From a candidate division FCPU426 bacterium (GTDB taxonomy: Bacteria > Oederibacteriota > Muellerivitia > Muellerivitales > Muellerivitaceae), in contig CAVYSE010000002.1 in NCBI GenBank assembly GCA_963771075.1, positions 14,714 through 78,713 of the forward strand: DNA of 64,000 nt, in the 5' to 3' direction. Shown here one piece after another: positions 38,091 to 47,466 of the stretch (within the stretch, counting starts at the first letter, position 1; the number at the start of each line of letters is the position of its first letter). Below the pieces are notes generated by a model. It saw only the letters and a program-made list of their open reading frames with translations. It had not been told where the DNA came from and searched no databases. The position numbers and the translations under genes are program-made.

Positions 38091-40068
38091 TGCAGAGTAG
38101 AGCGCTGGCGCGTATGCCTTAGAGTACGGTGGCGAATCCAACCCTTTCGGATTGGGCCTCAGTCCGGCTCTCATCACCACGTTTCCAGCGCCCCCTCATC
38201 AAACCGTACGTGACCTTTTCGATCATACGGCTTTCCGACAACCTTTCAACCGGCAGCATTCAAGGCAAAAGCTGGAATCCAGTTCAAACCAAGGCGTTTC
38301 ACTTCCTCGATCGACCATGTTCGTCCTTCCCAGGCGTACTTATGCCTCCGAAACAAAGTCAGCCTTTCGAGTACGTAAAATTGAAGCTTGGAAAAGTATG
38401 GCTGGCTGTCCCCAATTCGGAAATAGTTGGCCCACCCCCTTAACACCGGGTTCAAAGCCTTCGCTACATCCTCCATTGGAGATAAGAGCCGCTCTCGGCC
38501 CGCCGTCATCTGCTTCACTTTCTCGGCGATTTTCTTCATGGCCTTCCGGCTCGGCCAGCTCAGGCAACAGGTCTTACCCAATCCTACCACCGGCATACCT
38601 ACTCGAAAGTGGAACCCAAGGAAGTCAAACCCTTCCTTCCCAGGCCCCATTTCCACCAGCCGTGTCTTTTCGGGGTGCAGTTCAAGCCCTAGTCGTCCCA
38701 TCAATTCCTTGATGACTTCCAGGCTCTTTTCCGCATGGGCTTGGCTTCCGCACAACACCACAAAATCGTCGGCGTAGCGCACCAGCCTACCCAGTTTCCT
38801 GTGCCTCTTATTCCAAACCTTGTCCAGCAAGTGAAGGTAAACATTGGATAACAGCGGTGAGATCACCCCGCCTTGCGGTGTCCCTCGGAGAGTCGGCGTA
38901 AGCCTTCCTTCCTCAAACACACCCGCCTTCAGCCACCCTCGGATCAGTTTCAAAACCTTCCGGTCACTGATCCTCTGGCGCACCAGCACCATCAGTTTGT
39001 CGTGGTCGATGGAATCGAAATACTTCCGAATATCTCCATCCACCACCCATCTGTACCCGCCATTGATCCACTTCTTGATCTCCCGGTGGGCCTGCTGGGC
39101 TCCGCGTTTTGGCCGAAATCCAAACGAGCCTTCCAGAAAGTCCGCCTCAAAGATGGGTTCCACCACCTTCCGGCAAGCCGCTTGAACTACCCGATCCCGA
39201 ATTACCGGGATTCCCAACGGTCTCTTGCTTCCATCAGGCTTGGGTATTTCCACTCGTCTCACAGGTTTAGGCAGATACTTCCCAGCTTTGAGTTCTTCCT
39301 GGATGCCCTTCAGGAATGGAATAATTCCCACCTTCTCTTCGATCCATTCCAGCGTTTCCCCGTCCACTCCTCCTTGGCCTTTATTAGCCTTCACCTGTTT
39401 CCATGCCGCTGTCAGGACATCCCATCGGGTCATCCTGTCATGCAGTACATGAAATCTCCGGCTTGGGCTCCTCTTGGCCGCTCGGTATAGCGCCCTTTGA
39501 AGGGTTCGCGCCTTGTCTTCGGAGTTGTTGGCCCTTTGGGGCATGCTCCAGCGCCTCCCTTTTGAAGGTTGCTTGGTTGAAGCAGGGGTCCTTCCCTCCA
39601 GGTGGTTTTGTTGTCCACCCTTCACAGGTATTGTGACCCCCTCCGACTTCCTCCCGCCCTTGCCCCTTTTCGGTTTTAGCCTTATAGCGGCAAGTCTTTT
39701 GGCGGGTAGGATCTCCCAGGTTGCTTGCAAAGCCTTTCCAGCATTCCGTTCCCCATACGCCGGAGGACTTGCCCCGCTTGCTCCAGATTCTTCAGCGGGA
39801 TCGTGGCCTTCGCCGGTAGACACGCGGCTCGGCATCCTCTTGCACCTTTCGGTGTCCCATTCACGACGCGGCAGGATTCACTTGATGTTGCGGACTGCTA
39901 GATTGTTCCCTCACTGAATGAGGTTTATGACCCCGTTTCGGGCAGAACCTCTCGGTCCTACGCCGGGGGCTGACTTCCAGGCTCTCTGGCGATTACCTGG
40001 TCAGGATTTGGGCTGGCCCTCTTCGGCCTACTCCCTCACCTGCTGGCTCTACAAACCTTCGCTGGCAC
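38091..40068 (-). mobile_element. group II intron (class C-like, bacterial), full copy with intron-encoded protein; boundaries approximate (+/- a few nt)
   Basis: Domain V is recognisable on the minus strand (AAGCCGTATGATCGAAAAGGTCACGTACGGTT) about 100 nt from the 3' end. The 5' end (GTGCCAGCGAAGG...) lies 2-3 nt after the 28-bp palindrome R1. The intron-encoded RT/maturase ORF sits in domain IV. Boundaries were defined by comparison with the second copy at 42539-43335. Confidence 0.85.
38246..39544 (-). CDS. group II intron reverse transcriptase/maturase (intron-encoded protein)
   Basis: RT domains with YADD (RYADDFVVLC), fingers/palm PQGGVISPLLSNVYL, and a C-terminal maturase. Start assigned to the internal Met (MPQRANN...) because the upstream 97 codons translate intron RNA domains also present in the ORF-less copy. 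Confidence 0.85.
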   Translation of the reverse strand: MPQRANNSEDKARTLQRALYRAAKRSPSRRFHVLHDRMTRWDVLTAAWKQVKANKGQGGVDGETLEWIEEKVGIIPFLKGIQEELKAGKYLPKPVRRVEIPKPDGSKRPLGIPVIRDRVVQAACRKVVEPIFEADFLEGSFGFRPKRGAQQAHREIKKWINGGYRWVVDGDIRKYFDSIDHDKLMVLVRQRISDRKVLKLIRGWLKAGVFEEGRLTPTLRGTPQGGVISPLLSNVYLHLLDKVWNKRHRKLGRLVRYADDFVVLCGSQAHAEKSLEVIKELMGRLGLELHPEKTRLVEMGPGKEGFDFLGFHFRVGMPVVGLGKTCCLSWPSRKAMKKIAEKVKQMTAGRERLLSPMEDVAKALNPVLRGWANYFRIGDSQPYFSKLQFYVLERLTLFRRHKYAWEGRTWSIEEVKRLGLNWIPAFALNAAG

Positions 40069-40070
40069 GA

Positions 40071-40097
40071 TGTCCACGATGGGTCCCTATCGTGGCC
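40071..40097. repeat. palindromic cassette-boundary repeat R1 (TGTCCACGATGGGTCCCTATCGTGGCC), 10 bp 3' of the yafQ-like stop; intron A is inserted just beyond it
   Basis: Member of the 28-bp palindrome family. Its right arm is degenerate. Confidence 0.7.
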
Positions 40098-40106
40098 TTA
40101 TACATA

Positions 40107-40376
40107 TCATTCAAATAAATCCGAATGTGTTCCGGTTCTTTCAAAAATGATTTCGCTACCCGAGAGCTTGTAAATCAAAAGCCAATCAGGCTCCAAATGG
40201 CACTCCCAGCGATCCTTGTAGTTCCCTGAGAGTTTATGATTCCGAAATCGAGGTTCTAAAACGCTCTGAGATATCAAACAACTGGCGACATCCTTGAACT
40301 TTTCGACAAGTTTGCCACGCCGAATCATCAATTTAAGATCTTTCTGAAATTGGTTGGTGTAGGAAGGGATAAGCAT
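40107..40376 (-). CDS. type II toxin, RelE/YafQ family mRNA interferase
   Basis: 89 aa RelE/YafQ-like. It overlaps the upstream antitoxin gene by 1 bp. Confidence 0.65.
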   Translation of the reverse strand: MLIPSYTNQFQKDLKLMIRRGKLVEKFKDVASCLISQSVLEPRFRNHKLSGNYKDRWECHLEPDWLLIYKLSGSEIIFERTGTHSDLFE

Positions 40377-40636
40377 CAGATGCCGAGTTTATTGAACATG
40401 TCCTCGGCATTCTTAGTTCGGACCAGATGCCGGCCTTTATCCGTAGACTTGAAAACGGCCTTCGTTTTCGCATTCGGTAGGGTGACATCGAAAGGCAGCC
40501 CGCGCCTCAAAAGGATTTGACTGTAATAAATCGAGATGGCCTGGCTGGCTGTAAGCCCCAATTGGTGTAACAACTTTTCCGTATCGGCCTTCAAATGCGG
40601 TTCTAACCGCGCGCGGACTGTCGCTTCTTTTGCCAT
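40376..40636 (-). CDS. type II antitoxin, DinJ/RelB-like
   Basis: 86 aa with an N-terminal RHH-like segment (ATVRARLEPHLKADTEKLLHQLGLTASQAISIY). Immediately upstream of the toxin. Confidence 0.6.
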   Translation of the reverse strand: MAKEATVRARLEPHLKADTEKLLHQLGLTASQAISIYYSQILLRRGLPFDVTLPNAKTKAVFKSTDKGRHLVRTKNAEDMFNKLGI

Positions 40637-40703
40637 ATAGATCCCCCTTTAAGGAACTAAAGGAAGTGTAGCTCGTTTGGGCTACATTTACAAGCCACTT
40701 CAT

Positions 40704-40731
40704 TGTTCACGATGGGTCCCCGTCGTGGACA
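40704..40731. repeat. palindromic repeat R2 (TGTTCACGATGGGTCCCCGTCGTGGACA)
   Basis: Near-consensus copy, 208 bp 3' of ORF 40939..41952. Its left flank (AAGCCACTTCATT) resembles that of R8. Confidence 0.8.
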
Positions 40732-40938
40732 ATTTCAATTATGATTGCGGCCATAGTATTGCAAGTAGCCGTATCCGATCTGCCCCCTTCATTGGCCTTA
40801 AAAGGGTTTGACCAGGCCCTGCATGTGCACCAACAATATTCGAGAATGGAGTTTTCTTGCGTGACTCTGCCCGCCTAGCCCCTTCTTTAGCGGCTCAGTA
40901 ACGCGTTTCAAACAACGGGCCTTTTCAAAATTCCAACC

Positions 40939-41952
40939 TTATTTCCCGATCACCTCGACTTGAATCTCAAATACCTTATGTTGCCTCTCGTTTCTCCAAT
41001 TGGTTTCCCAAACCGCCACGGTACTCTTCCCCGGTTTCACGGCCTTCAGCCGGTCGAAGTAATATCCTCTGCTAATCCGCACAGACGACCCTGTGTATTT
41101 CTCGGCCGTTGTTTCCGCCACCGATTTCCCCTGAATCGTCAATTTATAAAAAGGCCCCCTATTGCTGCCGGATCGACCTTCCCGCAGGAAAAAAACGTCG
41201 TTCAGGGCCACTTTGTTCACCGGATAAAAATTAAATTCCGTTCGGGCTATGCGTGTATTACCTGAACCATCCACTGCGTCGACCTCAAGGATGTTTTTAC
41301 CGGGTGAAGGAGCCGTTTCGATCGAACCGCTCAAGTGAAAAGCATCCGGACCCTCGGGGGAACATTTCGGATCGACCGGGAGACCATTGATTAAGACCCG
41401 TACACTGGAGGGGACCAAGTAATACCCATCCCAAAGGACCGGGTCGATTTTGGGGGCGAACAAACCTTCTTGGTCATCCGGCGGTCCAACAATGAAAACC
41501 GCCGACAGGGGCCGGTAATCGAATGAAGTTTCAGCCGACCACTCGCCTACACGGATTTTCACTTTCTTGGTACCGGGTGCTCCGGGATAAATATTAAAAT
41601 AAAATTCATAATCTCTCAGTTGCCCCGCTTGGCTGTCACCCCGGCCCCCGAGCCTAAACTCCGCTTTATTACCGTTGATCCACAACTTGGCCTCACCCCG
41701 CGATAGGAGGTCCATTATTTCGCCGTCTGTCTTGTAGTCGTCTTTGGGCAAGGGCACGATGAACCTTAGGGTGGCGGTGCCTGCGTTTATCGGGTTTAAG
41801 TAATTCCAGTCCGAGGCAGAACTTGGGTTCGGCAAAGATACTTCGATCCGCGGTTTGGACATATCCAAGTTTGCGCCGAAACATATGGTTGCGATCAGCA
41901 TTCCCAAAAAAAGGACGACATTAGCCACTACATTGAAAACCGTGCTTTTCAT
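40939..41952 (-). CDS. hypothetical secreted protein (signal peptide / N-terminal TM)
   Basis: N-terminal hydrophobic segment VVANVVLFLGMLIATICFGA. No recognisable domain. Confidence 0.45.
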   Translation of the reverse strand: MKSTVFNVVANVVLFLGMLIATICFGANLDMSKPRIEVSLPNPSSASDWNYLNPINAGTATLRFIVPLPKDDYKTDGEIMDLLSRGEAKLWINGNKAEFRLGGRGDSQAGQLRDYEFYFNIYPGAPGTKKVKIRVGEWSAETSFDYRPLSAVFIVGPPDDQEGLFAPKIDPVLWDGYYLVPSSVRVLINGLPVDPKCSPEGPDAFHLSGSIETAPSPGKNILEVDAVDGSGNTRIARTEFNFYPVNKVALNDVFFLREGRSGSNRGPFYKLTIQGKSVAETTAEKYTGSSVRISRGYYFDRLKAVKPGKSTVAVWETNWRNERQHKVFEIQVEVIGK

Positions 41953-42005
41953 AGACCTTCCCCATTGTTTTTCCCATTTATTAAGTCACACCCTATGCGT
42001 TTACC

Positions 42006-42033
42006 TGTCCACAAAGGGTCCCCGTCGTGGACA
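42006..42033. repeat. palindromic repeat R3 (TGTCCACAAAGGGTCCCCGTCGTGGACA)
   Basis: 41 bp 3' of ORF 42074..42484. Confidence 0.8.
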
Positions 42034-42073
42034 AAAAACCGAAGACCAGTAGTACCCCCGCCTATTTTTTACC

Positions 42074-42484
42074 CTAAGTCCTTTTCTTTTTTAACCAAAC
42101 CCCAAAAAAACATCCAATCGTCCAGGGTGTAATTACAAGAAACAACCAAAATAAAAAGAAATATAAAATACCGTCGCTAAACATTCCGCTGAGGGCAATA
42201 GCCCAAAAAATGATGCTGATAAAAATCAACGGCCAAATAAATTTTCGAACATCCAAACCAATTCTAGAACTCTGGAGAGTACCAGCCAGAAACATAGAAA
42301 TAAAAGGGCCAAAAAATAACTCAATGTATAACCAAAGCGGAAAAGGTCGTCCGTGAGAATAAGGAAGATACTTCTCTAATATATCTTGTAAAAGATTTGC
42401 TATCAGAACAACAGCTATAAAAGAACCCAAGACAGTTCCAATGAAAATAGGCACTGTGTTAATAATTTCTTTACGATTATTCAA
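42074..42484 (-). CDS. hypothetical integral membrane protein (3-4 TM helices)
   Basis: Hydropathy only. Confidence 0.4.
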   Translation of the reverse strand: MNNRKEIINTVPIFIGTVLGSFIAVVLIANLLQDILEKYLPYSHGRPFPLWLYIELFFGPFISMFLAGTLQSSRIGLDVRKFIWPLIFISIIFWAIALSGMFSDGILYFFLFWLFLVITPWTIGCFFGVWLKKKRT

Positions 42485-42538
42485 AATTTATTCCTCTTGC
42501 GAAGGGCGTAACTTATTAGATTTCAATACAAGAAATCA

Positions 42539-43335
42539 TGCAGAGTAGAGCACTGGCGCGGTGGTGTACAGGTCGGCCCTTGGCTGTATCCGCCGTTTCC
42601 GGCTTCGTGCCCGTTTAGGGACTCCCATCACTTCGTTTCCAGCGCCCCCTCGTCAAACCGTACGTGACCTTTTCGATCATACGGCTTTCCGACAACCTTT
42701 CCTCCGGCGGCTTTACAGGTTCGACTTCCCCCTTGGCCACTCGGTATAGTGCCTGTTATCGATGGTCCCGCGCTTTGGTACTACAGAGTTGTTGGCCCTT
42801 TTGGGGCATGCTCCAGCGCCTACCTTCTTTGAGACACATGGTTGAAGCAGGGGTCCTTCCCTCAGGGTGGTTTTGTTGTCCACCCCTTCATCGGTACTGT
42901 GACCCCCTCCGACTTCCTCCCACCCTTGCCTCTTTTCGGTTTTAGCCTTATAGCGGCAAGTCTTTTGGCGGGTAGGATCTCCCAGCTTGCTTGCATAGCC
43001 TTTCCAACATTCCGTTCCCCATACTCCGGAGGACTTGCCCCGCTTGCTACCAGATTCTTCAGCGGGATCGTGGCCTTCGCCAGTAGACACGCGGCTCGGC
43101 ATCCCCTTGCACCTTTCGGTGTCCCATTCACGAAGCGGCAGGATTCACTTGATGTTGCGGACTGCTGGATTGTTCCCTCACTAAATGAGGTTTATGACCC
43201 CGTTTCGGGCAGAACCTCTCGGTCCTACGCCGGGGGCTGACTTCCAGGCTCTCTGGCGATTACCTGGTCAGGATTTGGGCTGGCCCTCTTCGGCCTACTC
43301 CCTCACCTGCTGGCTCTACAAACCTTCGCTGGCAC
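42539..43335 (-). mobile_element. ORF-less deletion derivative (~0.8 kb) of the same group II intron, retaining ~590 bp of the 5' region and ~240 bp of the 3' region including domain V
   Basis: Near-identical to intron A over 39500-40068 and 38091-38330. The RT ORF is deleted. Inserted 2-3 nt after palindrome R4. Confidence 0.75.
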
Positions 43336-43337
43336 GA

Positions 43338-43365
43338 TGTCCACGATGGGTCCCCATCGTGGACA
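43338..43365. repeat. palindromic repeat R4 (TGTCCACGATGGGTCCCCATCGTGGACA, perfect 12-bp arms)
   Basis: 9 bp 3' of ORF 43374..43811. Intron B abuts it. Confidence 0.85.
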
Positions 43366-43373
43366 CCCTAGGT

Positions 43374-43811
43374 TCAATGCAATTCACCGATTACAACTTC
43401 AACATCATCATTTTTCATATATCTAGTAAGGTATTGCCAACCACCGCCCAGGGGTTCTAATCCACTGGACAACCCGTAAGTATCAAGCCACCCACTTGAA
43501 TCTTTTTCCCAAATATAACAATTGGATCTTCCATCGATTTTCACTTTGACTAAATCTTTAGAATTCTTTTTGAGCGTGTTTTTCAGAACAAACGAATCTA
43601 TTTCATTCAGTTCGAAATCGCTGTTCCCATTTAAATCCATTTGAAAATTAACATTCTTTGATAAGTTTAAAAATAAACTTTTTACAGTTTTTAACTGTTC
43701 CAAGTTCTCAATAACAATATTTATCTTTTCTTGTTTATCTGAACTTCTTCGAAGAATCTTAATACTCATTACGGCTCTCCAAACCAGATCATTTTTAATG
43801 CCGCTCAACAC
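43374..43811 (-). CDS. hypothetical protein (low-GC, 145 aa)
   Basis: No recognisable domain. Confidence 0.4.
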   Translation of the reverse strand: MLSGIKNDLVWRAVMSIKILRRSSDKQEKINIVIENLEQLKTVKSLFLNLSKNVNFQMDLNGNSDFELNEIDSFVLKNTLKKNSKDLVKVKIDGRSNCYIWEKDSSGWLDTYGLSSGLEPLGGGWQYLTRYMKNDDVEVVIGELH

Positions 43812-43832
43812 CTAGTCGAACTGGGATTACCT

Positions 43833-43860
43833 TGTTCACGATGGGTCCCCGTAGTGGACA
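43833..43860. repeat. palindromic repeat R5 (TGTTCACGATGGGTCCCCGTAGTGGACA)
   Basis: 20 bp 3' of ORF 43880..44113. Confidence 0.8.
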
Positions 43861-43879
43861 GGCAACTTTCATCACAGGT

Positions 43880-44113
43880 TTATAAATGAACCCCCCAGAG
43901 GTGCGCGTAATAAAACATGAGTAAGAGTATCAAAGCGGCGCAAAAATACAAAATAACCATCACCCAAAAGGCCATTACATCTTTATCCTTCAAGATTGCC
44001 GAACCTGTATAGCCCATTAAAGTCGGAGCCTTACCAGTCATTAAAGAGAAAATAATTAAAAAAACGAAAAGTAATCCCCCGAAAAGAAAAAACCAAGGAT
44101 TAAGTCGATGCAT
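43880..44113 (-). CDS. hypothetical small membrane protein (2 TM helices)
   Basis: Hydropathy only. Confidence 0.35.
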   Translation of the reverse strand: MHRLNPWFFLFGGLLFVFLIIFSLMTGKAPTLMGYTGSAILKDKDVMAFWVMVILYFCAALILLLMFYYAHLWGVHL

Positions 44114-44158
44114 TAATAGTTTCCTTTATTCAACAATGAACTTCAGGGGTTCTTTTTC

Positions 44159-44186
44159 TGTCCACGAAGGCTCCCGGTCGTAGAGA
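44159..44186. repeat. degenerate palindromic repeat R6 (TGTCCACGAAGGCTCCCGGTCGTAGAGA)
   Basis: 60 bp 3' of the GH12 gene. Confidence 0.55.
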
Positions 44187-44245
44187 AGTCTAATGAACAA
44201 ACTCTTGGGATTTACAATTGCTTTAACGCCTGGGGTTTTTCCATT

Positions 44246-45526
44246 TCAATGCAAAACGATGATTTTAAGGATTTTCACCGTCGAGTTACTTCCGTCCACC
44301 GCCTTGACCCGAATGTAGTAAAGACCGTTAGAAAGTGTATTACCCGTCAGGCCGGTCAGATTCCAATGAACCGTAGCGTTTTCGTTAATGGTTTGCGACC
44401 CACCCTCGATTTTACGGAAAGACACCGTGAAGACATCCCAGGCGAGGGCGGTACCAGGAGGGGCTTGCACGTCAAAGTTAACCCCTTCCGTGTTTTTAAC
44501 GGGGTTGGGGTAAGGAAGGCCGATCAAAACGCTCGTGGCGTTGATGGTCGGGGTCATTTCCGGGGTAGAAGTGTTTGACGGCGTCGAGGTGGGTGTGCAG
44601 GTGTTTCCCATGGCGTCCATGCAGGGGACCTGGGTGTATACCGGAGTGGGGGTCACGGTGGGCGTGGGAGTCCCGGTGGGGCTGGGGGTGGGGGAGCAGG
44701 CGTTAACGGACACGGAAAAACTGTTGCTGGTGAAGGGTACGGCGCCGTTTTGGATCTCGATTCCGGCCTCCACCGCGTAGAGGTACCAGGAGGGTTGGAT
44801 GTAACCCCGTGATATGGCGTCCCCGATGAAGGCTTTGATGTCCAGGCCGGTCACGGAGGTCGTTTGGGCGTTGGAAAGGTAACCGATATAGTTCCAGGTG
44901 ACGCTTCCGGAACCCTGGTTCCACTGCCAGACTTCCCAAGGCATGCCGCTGATCGTGGCGGAGCCCTGGTCGTATTCCCATCCGTGGGAGGTGTATTTGA
45001 GCCAGATCATCATTTCCGCGCCGCCGCTGAACCCGGCGGCCCCGCAAGTGTTGTCCGGGCAGAACCAAATGTCGTAGGCCACGTCCCAGACCCCGGTTTG
45101 GGAAACCGAGAAGTTCCAGTCGCTGGTCACGCAGGTCAGGGTGCTGATTGCGGCCGGAAGGGCGCAGGGCGGGGGGCTGGAACCGCCGAAGGCGCTTCCG
45201 TACATGATGTCCGGATAGGAACCCACCGTGTTGGCGCCGCAGGTGGGCCCCTGGGTCACGCTGAAGGCCCCCGTCGTTGTGTCGATATTCATACATTGGG
45301 TGCCGGGGCAGCTGCCATTATTCCAATAATCGGTCTGCACCATATAGGGCCCCATACTAATGGGTACACTCTGGAAGAGCGCACAGGTGTTGACGATGAC
45401 ATCCCCTTCCACGGGACGGGTGCCCCCCCATAGGGCAATGGCCATCAAGGCAGAGAGATATAAGAACGGTTTGGGGGAGAAAAGGAATTTTGGCCGTCTC
45501 AAAGCGTGATTATATCCAAAAAACAT
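44246..45526 (-). CDS. secreted glycoside hydrolase family 12-like protein with a Thr/Pro linker and a C-terminal beta-sandwich sorting-type domain
   Basis: GH12-type catalytic motifs AEMMIWL (E[IL]MIW nucleophile region) and VEAGIE (acid/base region). TPTPT linker. C-terminal NGLYYIRVKAVDGSNSTVKILKIIVLH. Confidence 0.55.
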   Translation of the reverse strand: MFFGYNHALRRPKFLFSPKPFLYLSALMAIALWGGTRPVEGDVIVNTCALFQSVPISMGPYMVQTDYWNNGSCPGTQCMNIDTTTGAFSVTQGPTCGANTVGSYPDIMYGSAFGGSSPPPCALPAAISTLTCVTSDWNFSVSQTGVWDVAYDIWFCPDNTCGAAGFSGGAEMMIWLKYTSHGWEYDQGSATISGMPWEVWQWNQGSGSVTWNYIGYLSNAQTTSVTGLDIKAFIGDAISRGYIQPSWYLYAVEAGIEIQNGAVPFTSNSFSVSVNACSPTPSPTGTPTPTVTPTPVYTQVPCMDAMGNTCTPTSTPSNTSTPEMTPTINATSVLIGLPYPNPVKNTEGVNFDVQAPPGTALAWDVFTVSFRKIEGGSQTINENATVHWNLTGLTGNTLSNGLYYIRVKAVDGSNSTVKILKIIVLH

Positions 45527-45635
45527 TCATGCGCCTCTCGGGCACCCGAATTCATAAACGGGTTTTTCGCCGGGTTCCGTGATGCCCTATCTTTAAGTAT
45601 CCCATTGGGAATATTAAAAAACATATATTTTTACT

Positions 45636-45663
45636 TGTCTTATTCGGGTCCCCAACGAGGACA
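45636..45663. repeat. degenerate palindromic repeat R7 (TGTCTTATTCGGGTCCCCAACGAGGACA)
   Basis: Right arm conserved, left arm diverged. 96 bp 3' of vapC. Confidence 0.5.
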
Positions 45664-45758
45664 GCTCTAATTCCCTTTCATTGGCTCAAAGTGAATTTCG
45701 TCCTCAAGAAGAATCTTCACACAAATGGAGAATGTATCGCTTTCGGCATCCTGCTGGT

Positions 45759-46160
45759 TCACCAGATCACTTTCAGTCCATGGAATGCGCGGATACGTTT
45801 GTCCTTGCTGAGAATAGGGCACCCATACTCTTTGGCAGTGGCCACGAGGATACGATCCGCGGGATCTCCGTGAAATTCACCCTCTAACCGGGTGCTCTTC
45901 ACGGCGATAGCAGGCGATAATGGGATCAATTGGATTTTTGGGAGCTTTAAAGCTTGGTCCACCCATACCTCAACATCCCGATCAAGTTCTAAGCGCTTTT
46001 TCGCCACCAACATGCCTACTTCCCAACAGCTAATGGCATTAACGTAAATGCTGTCGGTAGCGCGAATGGCTTTGGAAGCCTTGGAGGAGAGTTGGGGAGA
46101 GCCCGTTGCCCACCAAATCCAGGCGTGTGTGTCGAGAAGAATCACTGACCCGCTTCCCAA
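45759..46160 (-). CDS. vapC: PIN-domain toxin VapC
   Basis: LLDTHAWIWW ... acidic residues of the PIN fold, 133 aa. Overlaps the upstream Phd-type antitoxin gene. Confidence 0.75.
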   Translation of the reverse strand: MGSGSVILLDTHAWIWWATGSPQLSSKASKAIRATDSIYVNAISCWEVGMLVAKKRLELDRDVEVWVDQALKLPKIQLIPLSPAIAVKSTRLEGEFHGDPADRILVATAKEYGCPILSKDKRIRAFHGLKVIW

Positions 46161-46369
46161 ACGTCCTCAATTGGCGAAAGAATGTCCTTTTCACTCAAGA
46201 CGCTTCCGTGAAGCGAAGTACCGTGTTTGCCTTTCTCCTTCAAAACCGGGCCGATTTTAGCCACTGGAATTCCCCGTTTGGTCACTACGATAGTCTCGTG
46301 GGCTCTGCTCACTTCATCCAGTAGCGACAGGCATTTGGCCTTGAATTCACCGGCGGCGATGGTTTTCAT
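46142..46369 (-). CDS. Phd/YefM family antitoxin
   Basis: MKTIAAGEFKAKCLSLLDEVSRAHETIVVTKRGIPVAKI. Start assigned to the internal Met. Confidence 0.65.
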   Translation of the reverse strand: MKTIAAGEFKAKCLSLLDEVSRAHETIVVTKRGIPVAKIGPVLKEKGKHGTSLHGSVLSEKDILSPIEDVWEAGQ

Positions 46370-46527
46370 AAAATCTCCTTTGTGACCACTTATCATGGTC
46401 ATGTTCCCACGGGAGAAAGAAGAAGTCAAGCCGACCCCTATTCGCAATGCTTGGAGGCGCAATGGAACCGGATAGGGGGATATGGGGACATAAAACGAAA
46501 TAATTTGAAGGGAGCCCTAATTTCTTT

Positions 46528-46896
46528 TTAACGCGCCGTGCGGGTTTTAACGCCGAGTGAGCGGCTGACGGCCCATAAGGCCTTATCCCGAGTCCAAAAT
46601 TCACATTGATTCGAGTAACAGGAAAACAATAAATGAGCGTCCACCCAATTAATGCCTTTACCGTTGAGGCGGTGCTTCTCAACCCAGTCCAAGACTTCCG
46701 GATTTAAAGCGGGATACAGGAGGGGCAGTAATTGGAGGTCATGCAGGAATTGGCTCCTGTTTTTTAAATGTCCCAGGGCCAGTTCCCCAATGATAAAGGG
46801 GTGGGTGAGGGCTTCATCCTTTTCCAAAAGGGAAATGAGAAACGCATTCGGGGAATGGAGGTGGTCGACCCACACCGAAGTGTCGACCAGCATCAC
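46528..46896 (-). CDS. vapC: PIN-domain toxin VapC (second copy, unrelated sequence)
   Basis: MMLVDTSVWVDHL..., 122 aa. 4-bp overlap with the upstream VapB gene. Confidence 0.75.
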   Translation of the reverse strand: MMLVDTSVWVDHLHSPNAFLISLLEKDEALTHPFIIGELALGHLKNRSQFLHDLQLLPLLYPALNPEVLDWVEKHRLNGKGINWVDAHLLFSCYSNQCEFWTRDKALWAVSRSLGVKTRTAR

Positions 46897-47093
46897 GCTT
46901 TAGCGGCTCGCCGCCTGCGGGAAGGAGCGGAAGCGCGGGGATCGGTCCCCCCCATGGCCGCAAGCCGCTTGGCGGCTTCCCGGCGGATGAGGGATTCAAG
47001 ACCCATCCGGACAAGGGAGGTCTTTTCGGATACTCCCGTCATTTGACCGGCTTTTTTAATTAGCTGGTCATCGATGTTCAAGGTTGTTCTCAT
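46893..47093 (-). CDS. vapB: VapB family antitoxin
   Basis: MRTTLNIDDQLIKKAGQMTGVSEKTSLVRMGLESLI (classic VapB N-terminus). Start assigned to the internal Met. Confidence 0.65.
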   Translation of the reverse strand: MRTTLNIDDQLIKKAGQMTGVSEKTSLVRMGLESLIRREAAKRLAAMGGTDPRASAPSRRRRAAKA

Positions 47094-47296
47094 ATGCATC
47101 AATATGCCGTTTTGATATGCATCTGTCAAGGAGCGATTCCGGGGATCTTAAAAGCGATCAATTGGAACCGACTCGGGAAAAATCTTCTCAAATGCCGGAA
47201 TGGAAGTTCAAGGATTTCATCGATAACTGCTCGCTGAAGAGAATTAAATACCCGGTGTGGAAAAGAATTACAAAATCATGTTAGGCCACTTACAGT

Positions 47297-47324
47297 TGTT
47301 CACCCCGGGTCCCCGTCGTTGACA
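47297..47324. repeat. palindromic repeat R8 (TGTTCACCCCGGGTCCCCGTCGTTGACA)
   Basis: 143 bp 3' of the flotillin gene. Its left flank GGCCACTTACAGT resembles that of R2. Confidence 0.75.
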
Positions 47325-47466
47325 ACAAAAGTGTTTCCAACAGGTTCAAGACATCCATCTATTCCCCATTAGCCATTTCAAGATTAAAAGCCCGGTCTTT
47401 GTTCAGGCGACCGGGCTTTTTGAATTACAGGAATCCGGGCAAACTACCGTTAAAACCGGGGATGAA

